Below, piece by piece: positions 34,759 to 46,897 of a stretch of 64,000 nucleotides of DNA. Position numbers and translations under genes: made by a program. Within the stretch, counting starts at the first letter, position 1. Each line of letters begins with the position of its first letter. The notes under the pieces were generated by a model. It saw nothing but the letters and a program-made list of their open reading frames with translations, was not told the origin of the DNA and ran no database searches. Source of the DNA: Neoechinorhynchus agilis (taxonomy: Eukaryota; Animalia; Acanthocephala); NCBI GenBank assembly GCA_051530055.1, contig CM121341.1, positions 15,788,784 to 15,852,783 of the forward strand. The letters run 5' to 3'.

Positions 34759-35826
34759 TTGCGATACGAAAATGCTAGATATAAAAGTATTCGTAGCCCG
34801 ATTCATGCAATAAACGTCAACGTCGACGATTCTAACACTCATATAGATGATGATAAACTAAACTATTTAGACGATCATAAGGATTGGAAGGGTCCTATAA
34901 TAAGTGAAATAGAAGAACCTGGCGATCTTAATAAACAAAAAGACAGTGGAATGACCAAAATAATAAACAATGCGCACGTTAGGAAAAAACAAATGCCCAT
35001 CCCTCAGACGAGTAACATCCACTTTCAACAAAATTATTCAAACCCAATTCCTGCAAATGTGCCTAAGATGTTGAAACTAACTTCACCAACGGTTGCTGCT
35101 GTACCAAATGCTTACAATTATAGATTTTGTTTAAGACCAGGACAAACGGATAAAAGATTGATGCTGGACCAGACATATCCAATGCCGTGCTATTCCCATA
35201 ACCCAATGTTACCCTCTGCTGCACATATTTTGGATATACCACCCGATTATGATAGGATTCCTCAATTCAATTTGCCGCGATATGAAGTAAATAAAGATTT
35301 GCATTCATTGATATCAGCATTTCACAATTATCGAAAATTACCTGAACATCACAGTTTCCATTCACCAATCGTCAATGCTCACGGCCACGATGTCCTAAGC
35401 ATGATTACCAGGTACAACGAATTGATTGATCAAATGATTTCTGTTCCTACGCAGCACCAAAAACAACGTGATAGCGTTGATCGCTCTAAGTTGTTACATC
35501 CACGAGTTAATAATCCCTTCAATAGAATGAAGAATATGACCGAGATTAAGCCGCTTTTCAGAACTGAGCGTTTTGTAAATCTGGATAAGCACGTTGATGT
35601 TCTCACAAAACTGAACAATGCCTACAACATTGCAGCAGCAGCTCATACAAACAACCCTCAACAGTATTTTTACAAGAATTTATTCCGACATCAAGCTCGC
35701 TTTGTGCCAGAAAGATGGATTGATGGCAATAATGGCGTACCTGGTTACCGTATATCGACCGTCAATAACTCTTTTTACTTTAATGCTGACGGAAATGTTG
35801 ATACTCTAAGCATTTCTCGATTGTGA
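34759..35826 (+). CDS. Large exon/ORF of unknown function (Pro/Asn/His-rich)
   Basis: 355 aa open frame in very AT-rich DNA; may be spliced to upstream exons. Confidence 0.5.
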   Translation: MRYENARYKSIRSPIHAINVNVDDSNTHIDDDKLNYLDDHKDWKGPIISEIEEPGDLNKQKDSGMTKIINNAHVRKKQMPIPQTSNIHFQQNYSNPIPANVPKMLKLTSPTVAAVPNAYNYRFCLRPGQTDKRLMLDQTYPMPCYSHNPMLPSAAHILDIPPDYDRIPQFNLPRYEVNKDLHSLISAFHNYRKLPEHHSFHSPIVNAHGHDVLSMITRYNELIDQMISVPTQHQKQRDSVDRSKLLHPRVNNPFNRMKNMTEIKPLFRTERFVNLDKHVDVLTKLNNAYNIAAAAHTNNPQQYFYKNLFRHQARFVPERWIDGNNGVPGYRISTVNNSFYFNADGNVDTLSISRL

Positions 35827-36672
35827 TGGACCAATTTGTTCCCAACAATGATCTAAAAAGGATTAAAGTCTACATGGCTAATATATACCATCACATAGTT
35901 TTCCACAATAAAATAGCGTGCAATGAATTTCGATAAGGCTTTTGGTTGCACCGTAGAGTTTTATCATAATTGGGTTCATATATTTATCCTTAAAGCTGTT
36001 AGTTTGATTGCATTCTTTACCTTTTTTGTCAATCGCTTTGCTCTTATGTGATGTGTAGTATTGCAATCCATTCTGATATAGCAGTAACTTTTATAAAACA
36101 CAATTCATATCTTATCATTGAATCATTAAGTTTCTAAATCGTCTACCGTAAATCCACATAGAAGTTATGGCGGATGCGTAAGTTTTCAGTGTTAAAAAGT
36201 ATACATTGTAATTTAGAACAACCACTAAAGTCCTGAAAATCGAAAATGGCGTTAATCACCATAGTTTTTAAACCATAAGACGAGTTTGACCTTTGAAAAG
36301 ATTGCTTTTTTATCGTTATTACTTGATAAAAGCATAAGTTCGTGCCGAAATATCGAATTTCAAAAAATGAATTACTTTACTTTTTTGCCATATAAAAACA
36401 AACAAAACAGTCGGTTTAAAAGGACTGCACGATGTAGTATTCAGTTGTTTCTCCATTCCATTCAGGAATATTCATAACTCTACGTAAGGGCAGAAGGCAA
36501 AAGATTTGAAATCATTTTGATATGAACTGACAGCGAAAAAAGCTTGCACTGCTCATAAGTGCCAACAAGTCATACTCATGTACCATATAGAAGACAAAAA
36601 GAAAATGAATAACGATGGTTGAAATAGAGCGCACGAAGAACATTTTTTTTTCAATTCGAAATTCCAAAGTGA

Positions 36673-38507
36673 ATGGCGTCGCCTCGGTCAACGGGATACT
36701 GTGAAAATCTTAAGCATTTTTACACTGCGAGTTCTGTTATGGTTTTCATGGGAGCAATACTGACCAGCGAAGGTTTCTATTTCAGTCAGGCTTTCTCGGG
36801 ACTGCTGCGCGGTGTGATTCCAACGCTTCTAGGATTATTTATAGCAGTTTTACCGTGTCAGTTTTGTTACTTTGTCGAGGTATCGAGATTTTCAAATCGA
36901 GTGAAAAATTTCTTTCACCTATTCGGATGTTTTGCGTCTGATATGTGGCTACCGATTGCTAATCACTTATGTCAATCATTGACTATGTGTATTGTCTCAT
37001 ATGCTCTTAATCAATGATCGAATATTACCTATGAACTGGCCGATTGTATTAAAGGTGCCATTTAGCCTCACTTCTGGAGCAACTATGATAAAGTTGGTTA
37101 TTATGCTCTATGTATCTAGAAGATCGGAAAGCTTTCCTACCATAGCAAACGGGTTTCATCAAGGAATATTCTACTTCATGCGAACTCTATTCTCACCCAA
37201 CTTCTTCGTCAAAGAAGATCATTTGGATAAAGACTACAAAATAAGGTTTGGCTATGCTCTCAAGAAGATTTTATCGGCTCTCCTGTGTACATATTTGCTA
37301 CTACTCATCGCTATTCCGCTGGTTAATGAACAGCTTCCACAGTGTGTTAATTGCGTCAATCCTAAAAGCTGGTATCAATTTCTACTTAATACACTGAAAA
37401 TTATGCCATGGATAATCGTAATGTATTAACAGAGCTCTCAATGGAAAATTTGTATGCCTTCAAAATTGAAAGCTAAGCGAAAATCATTCGATAATTCGTT
37501 AGAAAAAAATATCAATTAAAAGCAAAGGTTCCTCAAATATCGCCAATTTACAGAAGTAATGAAATTATTGATATTTAAAATTTATTAAGTTTCCAATAGA
37601 TTAAATTTTTGCATAAAGTTTAGGTACCCTGTATTTGTAAGATTCCTTTTTAACCATTGCATCTTTCTAAAGCTATTGGGCAACAATCGAAACCGAGAAA
37701 TTCTCAGCTAGTGATAGGTTCAAAGATTGTCTACCTCTTCCTGTGCTCCAACTATTTGCACTCCATCGATTTGGTCGTTTATGCTGAACTCACCTACTCT
37801 CAGCCAAGCGTTCAATTGTTCTAACATCTACTCCGTGAATGCCACGTTTACCCTGACTCACAGTAGTTGTTCCATGACTAAAACAAGATTGCTGACTCGA
37901 TATTTTTGCTGATTCGGTCCCTCCTATAGAATGGCACACTCAGTCTTCGTTTATGTAAAATACTGCATTTTAGACGAAATGGGAATAAAACTTCGATTAT
38001 TTGAGATTGGAATACTTATCTCAAAAATTGAGAACTTTGTTTTCTTTATTAGTATTCCACATTTTCTTTAATGGCATTCTGGAGGCAATTGTCGAGATTG
38101 TTGGATGCAACTATCGTCTGTTTTATAAAGATTGGTGGAATTCAATACACTTATCCCAGTACTGGAATCGATGGAACATTCCCATGCATTTGCTAATGAA
38201 GAACTGCTGTTATACGCCTCTAATACGCTTAACAGTTCCACGAAAATTCGCTCAGGCATTGACTTTCCTCGTTTCTGGTTTGTTACACGAATACTTAGTA
38301 TTTGCATGGAGGATGCGTGTCCGAGGTGACATGGTTCTCATTTTCATGCTCCAAGGAGTGATAGAGTTGCTATTGAGCAAGATGCCGAGGATATTTGACT
38401 CAAGCTATGAGACCAGTAAACAATGTAAAAGCTTCATTCTCAGAGTATTCGGGTTCGCCACCGTATCTGCTTTTGTAGTATGCAGTTTGCCGTGTATGTC
38501 CAATTAA
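36673..38507 (+). CDS. DGAT1/SOAT-type MBOAT acyltransferase (multi-exon; apparent frameshift near 37000)
   Basis: FYKDWWNS..YWNRWNIPMH..FLVSGLLHEY with catalytic His; multiple TM segments. Confidence 0.75.
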
Positions 38508-39067
38508 AAAGTCTTTAAGTATGAGTATAAACGTTTACACTTACTGAATCTCGCTACCGACGATTAACCGTTCGTTTTAGATGTCCAAGAACGAGATGAA
38601 TTCAAATGACCAAAAGAAATCTAACGATAAGGTAAGAAATGAATTATTTATGAATTTGAAAGCGGTATTTGTTCGCCAATTTTATTCACTATACACGAAA
38701 TATTAGTTTTTCATTCCATAAGAGAAATCGACGAGTGATGGGGCTGTATTTTGAAGTATAACGGAATTTCAGTTTTTGTATCACTGGCTTATTCTATAGC
38801 AACAATAATCTCATAAATTGGAGAAGCAATAAAATTGATTTAGGACAAATTTCACATTTTTGATTTTCATCTTCTTCAGATTAATTATGAATATTTGAAT
38901 CGGTTTTAAATGACTTCCTTAAAAAGTTCAATGTACCTTCGACGCTGATTTTATCAATTCTAAACGAAAACCCGTTAAGCGTCTTAATATTCAAAAAGTA
39001 ATATTTTTACGCCTAATTGCTTTTGTCTCCTAATCCGCATTCCTAGGAATCGCCAGAATCATCAAAG

Positions 39068-40322
39068 GTGATCGTGCTTGACTATCCTTTCCTAACCACT
39101 GACGAAAAAGAGATCAAAGAATCTTTAATGACAGACTTTAGAGGTTCATATCTTGGTCTTTATCAAATGCAATTTGCAGCCGTCATTGTATTCACCTTCG
39201 GGAATGTTCTAAACGACTATGACTTTTCGAAAATAACCTTTTATCCAATAAGAGAACTTCTTCTAACGAAATTTATTTGGTCCTGGATAATAATCAACGG
39301 GATATTACTTGCTGCAAGCTTCGTCTTTATGCTTAACTTTATTCCAAAATACGTAAAAGTGGCAATCACAACGATGCTGCTCACTGCACCGGGCACCGTA
39401 GCTAATATTATGGGTCTTAGTTCATACTGTCATATTATGTTATCGATCGCCGCTCTTTATCAAACGACAAAACTTTATCAATACATCAGTAGCCTCCACG
39501 ATGAAACCAGAGGTCCAATCTCTTTTGTTGGATACTTGTTTTGCCTTGACTTGAGATTCAGAAACGTTCGTTACAAAACAAAAGACGAAGACAGAGCAGA
39601 TCTAAACGTATCAATAACACTTCTCCAATTCATAGCCTCAGTTAAGACAGAAATGTGATTTGACGAGAATCGAAGCACATTTCTGCGTTACTTTACTATC
39701 TCTGATGATCGAAACATGGATAGATCCAAAGCTAGAGCTCACTGTGGAATTTATTCAAAAGGAAGACTTTAGATCCCTCGCGACTGAAGGGCTATATCTC
39801 ACATTAGCAGTGATTTCCGTTCCAGTGGTTTTATTTACAGCATTTGACGGTTTTAGAGCTATTATACATATCGTGTGCTCAACGCCAAATCTATATGAAC
39901 CAAGTCAGATCGATTGGTGGAACCTTGAACGAGTTTATGACTTCTTCGCTAAATTCTGTACGATATGGGCCAACTTCTTAGAAAGCTACATCATCGAACA
40001 TACAGTACCAGTCAATTACCCATCATACCTTCAGCAGATTCTCGTATTTACAGTGACTGGAGCTTTACTTGAAATCGTGCTAGGCCATGCGCTAAACAGG
40101 CTCCCATATATATTTCTTACTTTTATTACTATCGGGCTCATTGGTCCGCTGTTTGAACAAGGATTTAGAATCGCAAAATGGTTCTTTATTCCTCTTTTTT
40201 ATTCAGTTGTTCTAATCGCTGGTTCGATTGGAATGATATACTATAATTACAAGATTAAATCACCGTTAACTACCAAAACAAACTTTAGTCCTTTGGACAT
40301 TTTACTTGCGATGAATAAATAA
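39068..40322 (+). CDS. Divergent MBOAT paralogue lacking the catalytic His
   Basis: DWWN motif retained; FTVTGALLEI occupies the position of F.VS...HEY; multi-TM. Confidence 0.55.
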
Positions 40323-40611
40323 AGCAATTTTTACTTTGAAGCGAAAATCGAATTTCATGAAATAGGAACATATGCGATTCAATTCTAGCATAATCTTGAT
40401 CTAAGCCTTTTTTCAAGGAGCGAACAATAACTTCAGCAGATTTCGCGTTTTTCTAGTTGACGCTACCCATTGTACCGCTAAGGGGATTTCTGTAGATTCA
40501 AAAGGCGGCATTTGGGCATTACTATCAATATCGTTTTTCTGCTTCGTGAAATTAGTACGTCGATTTAATCCGCCAAAAAATGACCACGGGCAAACCATGA
40601 ACAAATATTCA

Positions 40612-41507
40612 TTCTTTTTCTGGTAGTTCTGCCACCTCGGAATTAAATTCACTAATTTATTTCCGATATTTCGTCGGATAATAATATGTTTTATTAATTT
40701 TTGTGGGGTCCAGACACGTTTTTTATAATGTCAGTTAGGGTGGGAAAATCCGATCGAGGTATGTCGGTTATGGTGGGGATTGGCGGATATTGTTTGCAGG
40801 AGAGTTTGTGAGGTTGTATCCTTCCTCAGCTCCACTTAAGGTTATGATACCCGAAAAGATTGATCAGTATGGAAAAAGGAGGAGGTGCGATGTCGAAGAG
40901 GATGAAACGAATTGCGAGTGTTGTGCTCGTGTGAAAAAAGAGACGACAAGTGGTAAAAATTGTGGTGGTAGGGTTGAGAGGTTCCGACATTTCCTCCAAG
41001 TTTGTCATTGTTTGGAAGTAAATGAAAGGAAACTGGAATGGCAAACCTTGGGAAATAACGGAATTATCCGACGAAATATCGGAAAAAAATTAGTGAAATT
41101 AAATTCGATGGTATTTCATGAGAGGCACTTTTGGCACCCAAAAATGGCTCACTTGGTGCCATTGCATTTACACCCGACACTCAGCAGCAGCATAAGCAAC
41201 TGCGAAGAAGTGACCGAGCTTATTACCCATTTAAAGCTTGAGAATAGGTCGAGGACAATTCGTTTCCAATGCCTCTAATCATTCGCTTTACCAGATAAAC
41301 CTGTCTTATGCAACAGCAGCTTTCCAGGGGGAAACTTCGAAGGGAACTAGCTACTAGATGGTTCGACTAGTTTTTCGTCCCTATACCCAAATCTGACGAT
41401 TGATTTGCACGTCAAAAACGCTACGGACCTTCACCAGAGTTTCCTAAGACTTAATCCTACTTAGTCATAAATTACCATCTTTCGAGGGCAAAACTACCAA
41501 AAGAAAG
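40612..41507. mobile_element. MITE family C copy whose right TIR is split by an rRNA fragment
   Basis: Left TIR 40612-40684; right TIR 41062-41110 resumes as ggcaaaactaccaaaagaaag at 41487-41507. Confidence 0.65.
41137..41486 (-). pseudogene. Diverged 28S (LSU) rRNA fragment
   Basis: Plus strand resembles antisense LSU: ccaaaaatggc.cactt, ttacccatttaaag.ttgagaatagg, gggaaacttcg.agggaac.agctactagatggttcga, ccagagtttcct, ccatctttcg. Confidence 0.85.
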
Positions 41508-41593
41508 TCTGTGTTACGTTTTTTCCCATTGATTTATTGTATTGGTTTTTAACACGTTGTGGCTGGAAGTTTCAAGCTAAAATTAGCTTTATT

Positions 41594-41960
41594 TCACTCC
41601 ATTGTGTTGGACACAGCGATATGTAAGGCCTCCAAAACAAGACGTCTTTTTAGGTTTTGTTCTATTTCTATAAAGTTGGTGCCACCAAAATCCGCTCGAT
41701 GCTTACATGTCTCTTGATGATTAGAGATAGCCGAAGAATGCCCAAATCGACTGCAAACTTTCTTACGTTGAGCAACCCTCTTCTTAATGTCCTGCATCGT
41801 TTGCCCGATGTAGACTTTATTACACTGTTCACAGGGCATTCTATAGATCCCATGAGTCGGCTCAGCTTTACCTTCCTCTTAAATGTGCTTCTGAAAGCGA
41901 TTCCTTTAGTATTGTATAGAAGAATTCGAGCCTTCTTACTCACAATGGAAAATTTAATAT
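41594..41960 (-). mobile_element. Penelope-like GIY-YIG endonuclease fragment
   Basis: IPCEQC.KVYIGQT..IKKR..SAISNH..R.VLEALHI. Confidence 0.75.
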
Positions 41961-41962
41961 TT

Positions 41963-42266
41963 CTCAAATAGATCGAGTATTTTGCGAAAGATGTGAAAGT
42001 GGCAGTAGCTCGCGCATTCTATGGATTCCAATTGGCAATTGAAAACATCCATTCGGAAATGTACAATCTTTTGATTGGTATCTACGTAAAGGAAGTCGAT
42101 GAGCGAGATCGCCTTTTCAACGCAGTTTCGACGATGAAAACCGTAGGCAAAAAGGCGGAATGGGCTATCAGATACATCAAAGATCAAAATTTGCTATTTG
42201 TGGAGCGGTTGGTAGCTTTTGCTACAGTTGAAGGTGTGTTCTCTTGCAGTTCATTTGCGGCGATTT
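41963..42266 (+). pseudogene. Duplicated RRM2 exon fragment
   Basis: Close to the RRM2 exon at 62960-63250 ([31 protein letters not shown]) and retains the intron end ctcaaatag. Confidence 0.85.
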
Positions 42267-42641
42267 TCTTTTTAAATTTAAACGGAATCATTCATTCGCA
42301 AGTCATGTGAAAATTTCAATATATTCGTTTAACGGTATGTCTACATTCGATTTGTTCATGAAGAATTTTATGCATTTGAGCGGAAACGATAGAAACTGTG
42401 GGTTTAGATCTTAAGAATTGGTGTTATTGCACCTTGACAAGAAATGTTGTACTTGAGAAATACGTGCAATATTGAAGAAAGGAACGATATAAAAATATTA
42501 GTATGCTGACTAACGATTAGCGTCTAATTTTTTAATATCTGGTTCACAAAGCGAAATACTTGATGGACAAATATATTAGCACTCACTTTTCCATTCACCA
42601 CGCGGCATAAAACTCTTTTCTTGTCAAATACACATAGGTTT

Positions 42642-43669
42642 CTAGGTACGATCCCTACGCTCAAGCTCAGACGTTGGCTCTCCTAGAGATTCTTCATTGT
42701 AGGCATTTGGCGGCACAATTCCGGTTGCCTGAGAATACGTATGCGGCAAAGGGATATTCGGGAACGAGATTGGAGCAGGAAATAAAATGGGATACTGAAT
42801 TTGTGCTGTTTGATCAACCATTGGATTATTCCACATCGCTGGTCCAACTGGGTAAAGAACATTTCCAAACGCCGATTGGAACTCGGCAGGGGTTGCAATA
42901 AAGGGATTTTGATGATTAAAGGTCAGCGGTGGTGGTAGTGGGGCCTGGCTAGAGGTCAGCAAATCCGTCCCCAATGGTGTTTCGTACTGGCTAATTGATG
43001 CCATTTCCGTATCGACGTAATCTTCATTAGTTTGAGCTGTCTGGTTAGTATCACCGTTATTGGCAAAACGATCTTTCCATTTCTCAGCTAAATTTAATGT
43101 GGCTTCATCATTGAAGCGACTAGAAAACGGCAGTGGTTTATTGGTGGCTGTGACTCCGTGTGATCCACGTATTATCGGTTCGTCATCGAAGAAGTCATTC
43201 TCAGTCGGAGCAGTGGAAATAGTAGTCGACTCTTCCGATCCGGATCTGTCATTTTGTCTAAAGTTGCGGAAGCTTCGCAGATGATCCCATCGATTAAGAC
43301 GGAATTGACCGCGGTTATGAAACCCATCACCTCTACGGCTATCCGGAAACTTTTGATTTCGATTCCAATCTCCAGAGGGGCGTTGATTGTGAAATGAACT
43401 ATTGCGAGGATTGTATCGATATCGGTATCCTCCATGCGGTCTGCAATCTCGCATTTTGGCAACTCCTACAATGAAATCGGGTTTGGTTTTTGCAAAGAGG
43501 AGCACAAGTGTTTTTTCTCAATGCGACTCACATACTCGTCAAGATCTGCCAACGTAAAATCAACAATGATGCGTAAATAAGAACGGCAATGATCCTCGTT
43601 AACGCGAAAATCGCCCGCAAGGCGATAGACAAACATCGTTGTATTACACACTGTAAGTCGTGACGTCAT
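42642..43669 (-). CDS. Unknown protein with RG/N-rich and Pro-rich low-complexity regions (apparent frameshift near 43500)
   Basis: 67 aa and 287 aa overlapping ORFs in adjacent frames. Confidence 0.4.
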
Positions 43670-43829
43670 AGACGAGAAAGAATTCTAATATCACGACGTT
43701 ATACGATGATTTGTTAATGGAAACCGCTGCAATTTAATGAATTAAATTAGCGTCGCCTAATGGTACTATCTCGCTGGATTTTTAATATTATGGCGGAAGG
43801 CAGGTGTCGTGCGAAGGTTTTTCGTGATA

Positions 43830-44030
43830 ATTCTTTTACTTCCTTCGATCTCATCCATCAGTTTCAGCGGCTCCAAGGAGGACAAAGTTGAAATCTGTGG
43901 AAAGCTCCTGCTGTCGCTACTGATCGTTGATCGATATGTCCACGCAAATCGCGTCTCATAAGAGGCACTTTCCTCACACACAGCGAAAAGCAGTCACATC
44001 ATATGGGCGCTTGCCGTCTAATTTGCAAAG
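43830..44030 (-). mobile_element. Highly degenerate CRE-like RLE fragment
   Basis: LCKLDGKRPYDVT..GKCLL*DAICVD. Confidence 0.5.
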
Positions 44031-44399
44031 ATTCGTACGTTCCAGAAACGTGGGTTGAGGTCAGCGCCCTACAACATTGCTTGTTGTTTTCACAATGGAT
44101 CGGTAAACATTCATTTTTGATTTTCACGCTATATATATGTTAGAAGTGTATATTTTACGGATTTTCGATTTAGTTGAGTTCGATTTAAAGGACTCATTAG
44201 CTCTGCTGCAAGCGAGAGAATTCTTTTGAACCCTTATATTGGCGAATATTGTCATCGAGCGAAAGTTAATTTGTAAAACAAGTTTAATACCTAAACTATA
44301 CATTCAGCTTTAAACTAAATCCAAAATCATTTGTAGTTCGTGGCTTAATCCTCACTGGGGAGAGAAGATTATTATTTTTCTTGCAGTATGCAAATAATT

Positions 44400-44830
44400 G
44401 ATATTCCCTTTAACTGCTTAGCATAGGATTCAACAGCTGACCTCGCTATACCTGCGCTCCTTTTTCCATACTACCCAATCTTCTCAGATATAATGGCCCG
44501 AAATGAACCCGAGTAAGGACCCAAGCTCACAAACTATCCTGCAAACACTAACCACCAACTTTCAAACCCGACCTAATCCGTATTCCGTCCCAAATTCAAC
44601 AACCGCATTCATTTAACAAATCAGAACTCGAGTATTCACGATTACCCAAAGGTACATGGTTTATCTTCGTTGAACAATAAAATATGTCATCCAACTCGAA
44701 CGGACATTCCCACCCGAACGGACATATGAAAAACAGAATATCTGTGTGTTTATGAGGACCCAAAGGTACGTGGGTCTAATTTCTTAAACACAAAAATTAA
44801 TAAAACGTGTTATTGTCATATATCATTGTC
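44400..44830 (+). mobile_element. L2-like LINE 3' end with shared tail hairpin
   Basis: NHQLSNP..FRPKFN-like remnant, then cccacccgaacgga and tatgaggacccaaaggtacgtgggtc. Confidence 0.45.
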
Positions 44831-44897
44831 CTCGGGGTAAATTTGATTGTACGTTGGCGAATTCTGTCCCCGGTGTTGTCGTTACTCATTTATTTGA

Positions 44898-44931
44898 GAA
44901 ATATTTCGCAAGGTTTTCCTTGCCTCTTCAG
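44898..44931 (-). ncRNA. Minimal hammerhead motif (family A)
   Basis: GAGA-CTGAAGA-G-GCAAGG-aaaa-CCTTGC-GAA-ATAT-T-TCTC; 4 bp stem I, compensated stem II. Confidence 0.7.
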
Positions 44932-45309
44932 TCTCTATCTAAAATGGCGACGATATAAACAGCATGCACAGCCGGTCATGTCTGGATGATCTAAGCTACA
45001 TCCGGACATACCGCGATTAGCATGAATGCTATAAGTTGTAAAATGTTAATTGAATCAAGTAGTATTATTAATAAAAATGTGAATTTGAGTTTAAAACTCG
45101 ATAAAATATTATCTCAACTAAATTGATTCAGTTTTTGCTTTCTTTTCAACAGTTTGACCCGAGATGTTGAATGTCAATTAGAGCCATCATAATGTTTGTA
45201 AATCGAAATTTGAACCCGACTAATTGCTCTGAATTTACCAGAAGTTTCTGCCAACACAAGTACTCTAAAGACAGTAAAATTTCAATTCTTGCTTTTTCGC
45301 CTCATTCTA

Positions 45310-45816
45310 TTAATATTTCACCTCTTTTAGACCTGGCTTTATAAAGGTCATTGTGACAGTTAGCCCATCGTCACTGTAACTGACCGGAATGATCATCCCT
45401 TCGGCGTTCAGGGATTCTCCTGTATAGAAACTGTAGTCTTTAAGTTTCTTCACGACATCTTTTGCCCAGACATTCATTGCGGTTTTGAACTTATCAGCTT
45501 CGGCTTGATCGGCAATCTTTGTAACGATGGCTTTTGAGTAAGTCTTGAGCCAAGCAACGAATTGATTTTTGTCGTAGTTCACTTCGACTAATTTATGGTT
45601 TAGGACGATATTGATACCGGACTCGGATGTGGACTCCAGGCCCTCGTCACCTCCACCTTCAGCTGAGGCGTTTCCACCAATCATGCTATCGTCGATATCC
45701 ATTGTCCTCGTTGTGAATTTACCTGTCACCTCATAAAAAAATCCATTTTTCTCTTGGATTGGATACGAATCGGAGAAAAGCTCATCATCGCTAATTATGT
45801 CTTTGAATACTTTCAT
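45310..45816 (-). CDS. TPT1: Translationally controlled tumour protein
   Basis: MKVFKDIISDDELFSDSYP..IGGNASAEG..GINIVLNHKL..FYTGES.N.EGM..K.GL.EVKY. Confidence 0.97.
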   Translation of the reverse strand: MKVFKDIISDDELFSDSYPIQEKNGFFYEVTGKFTTRTMDIDDSMIGGNASAEGGGDEGLESTSESGINIVLNHKLVEVNYDKNQFVAWLKTYSKAIVTKIADQAEADKFKTAMNVWAKDVVKKLKDYSFYTGESLNAEGMIIPVSYSDDGLTVTMTFIKPGLKEVKY

Positions 45817-46133
45817 CTTCTTTTTAAGGAAGCGGAATAAGAGATGTGATTGTGTAGTAAAAGAGCACTAGCACACGAGCCGGCGTAGGTAGGGAACGCG
45901 AGAAAGAATAATATATACACGAACGTCATGAAAAACAATCCTACAAAAACATAGTCGTGAAAGGACTCGAAAACCCCACTTTTTTGACCGCTAATATCAT
46001 TAGGGGAGCCGCCACTTTACGTTGCGCTTTCCATTGACCGTAACCTCGACCAAATTGATCTTTTATCCAACTCGCTTTAAGTTAATATTTAGTTACTCAT
46101 CACAGGTTTAAATGCTTCACGTGAAAGGGCAAT

Positions 46134-46448
46134 CCTTTGTTCGATATGTATAAGATTATTTTTTTTTCACCATACACGGGCTCAATGGACACACAGTCCA
46201 TCGATTTCGGTTTGGGAAGCGCTGGTCTGCGTTCATTGCCCAAGACCGTACGGTATACGAGTTTGTACGTCCCTCCGCCGCCTCCTGGAAGCATATAAGA
46301 ATCCGGTGGGATGTACAAACTCGTATACTGTACCGTCTTGGACATTGAACGCAGACCAGCGCTTCCCAGATTGAAATCAGTGGAGTGTGTGGCCATTTAG
46401 CCCCGTTTATGGTGAAAAAAGAATAATCTTATACATATCGATCAAAAG
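46134..46448. repeat. ~315 bp foldback element (arms ~135 bp)
   Basis: gggaagcgctggtctgcgttca..gtatacgagtttgtac vs gtacaaactcgtatac..tgaacgcagaccagcgcttccc. Confidence 0.85.
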
Positions 46449-46897
46449 ACTACCGGCTAAGCTACGCATATTAATGTTAACAATCCTTTGTGATCTTATT
46501 TTCCGTTCGGTCCATTACAAATTTCCCTGAAAATGAGCTGGTTGCTCTCATTGAACGCATGCTTCTGGGATCCCTTTTATATTATAAATCTCTACGTTTC
46601 TTTTCTAATAGTAGAATGCTTGCAAATAAAGGGACGTTCTTACTGTAAATGAATTGTAAAACTATGATTGAACCAGTGACGCGCAATTGGAAATTTGGAA
46701 ATTGAATTTAAGCGCGTTTTCTATCCACAGTCCCGAAAATTATTTATTAAAAAGCAATGGTTTTCATAAAATTTGCCACAAAAAATCGTTTCTTGCTTAT
46801 TAAATCGGTCAGGATCTATTCGTCGCTTTAACGCATGCCAGCTTAATTTCATAATAACATTTTACTGTCTTGGATTATTATCTTCGGGGAAAAGAAA

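Noticed and set aside
36990-37020. Programmed frameshifting in the DGAT1-like gene (also near 43500)
   Set aside because: No slippery heptamer is evident; scattered single-base indels elsewhere point to assembly error or an unresolved micro-intron
44751-44810. tatgag-GACCCA..TGGGTC..aaacgtg as a hammerhead
   Set aside because: No copy has CUGA, and GAAA does not follow the stem; treated as a tail hairpin
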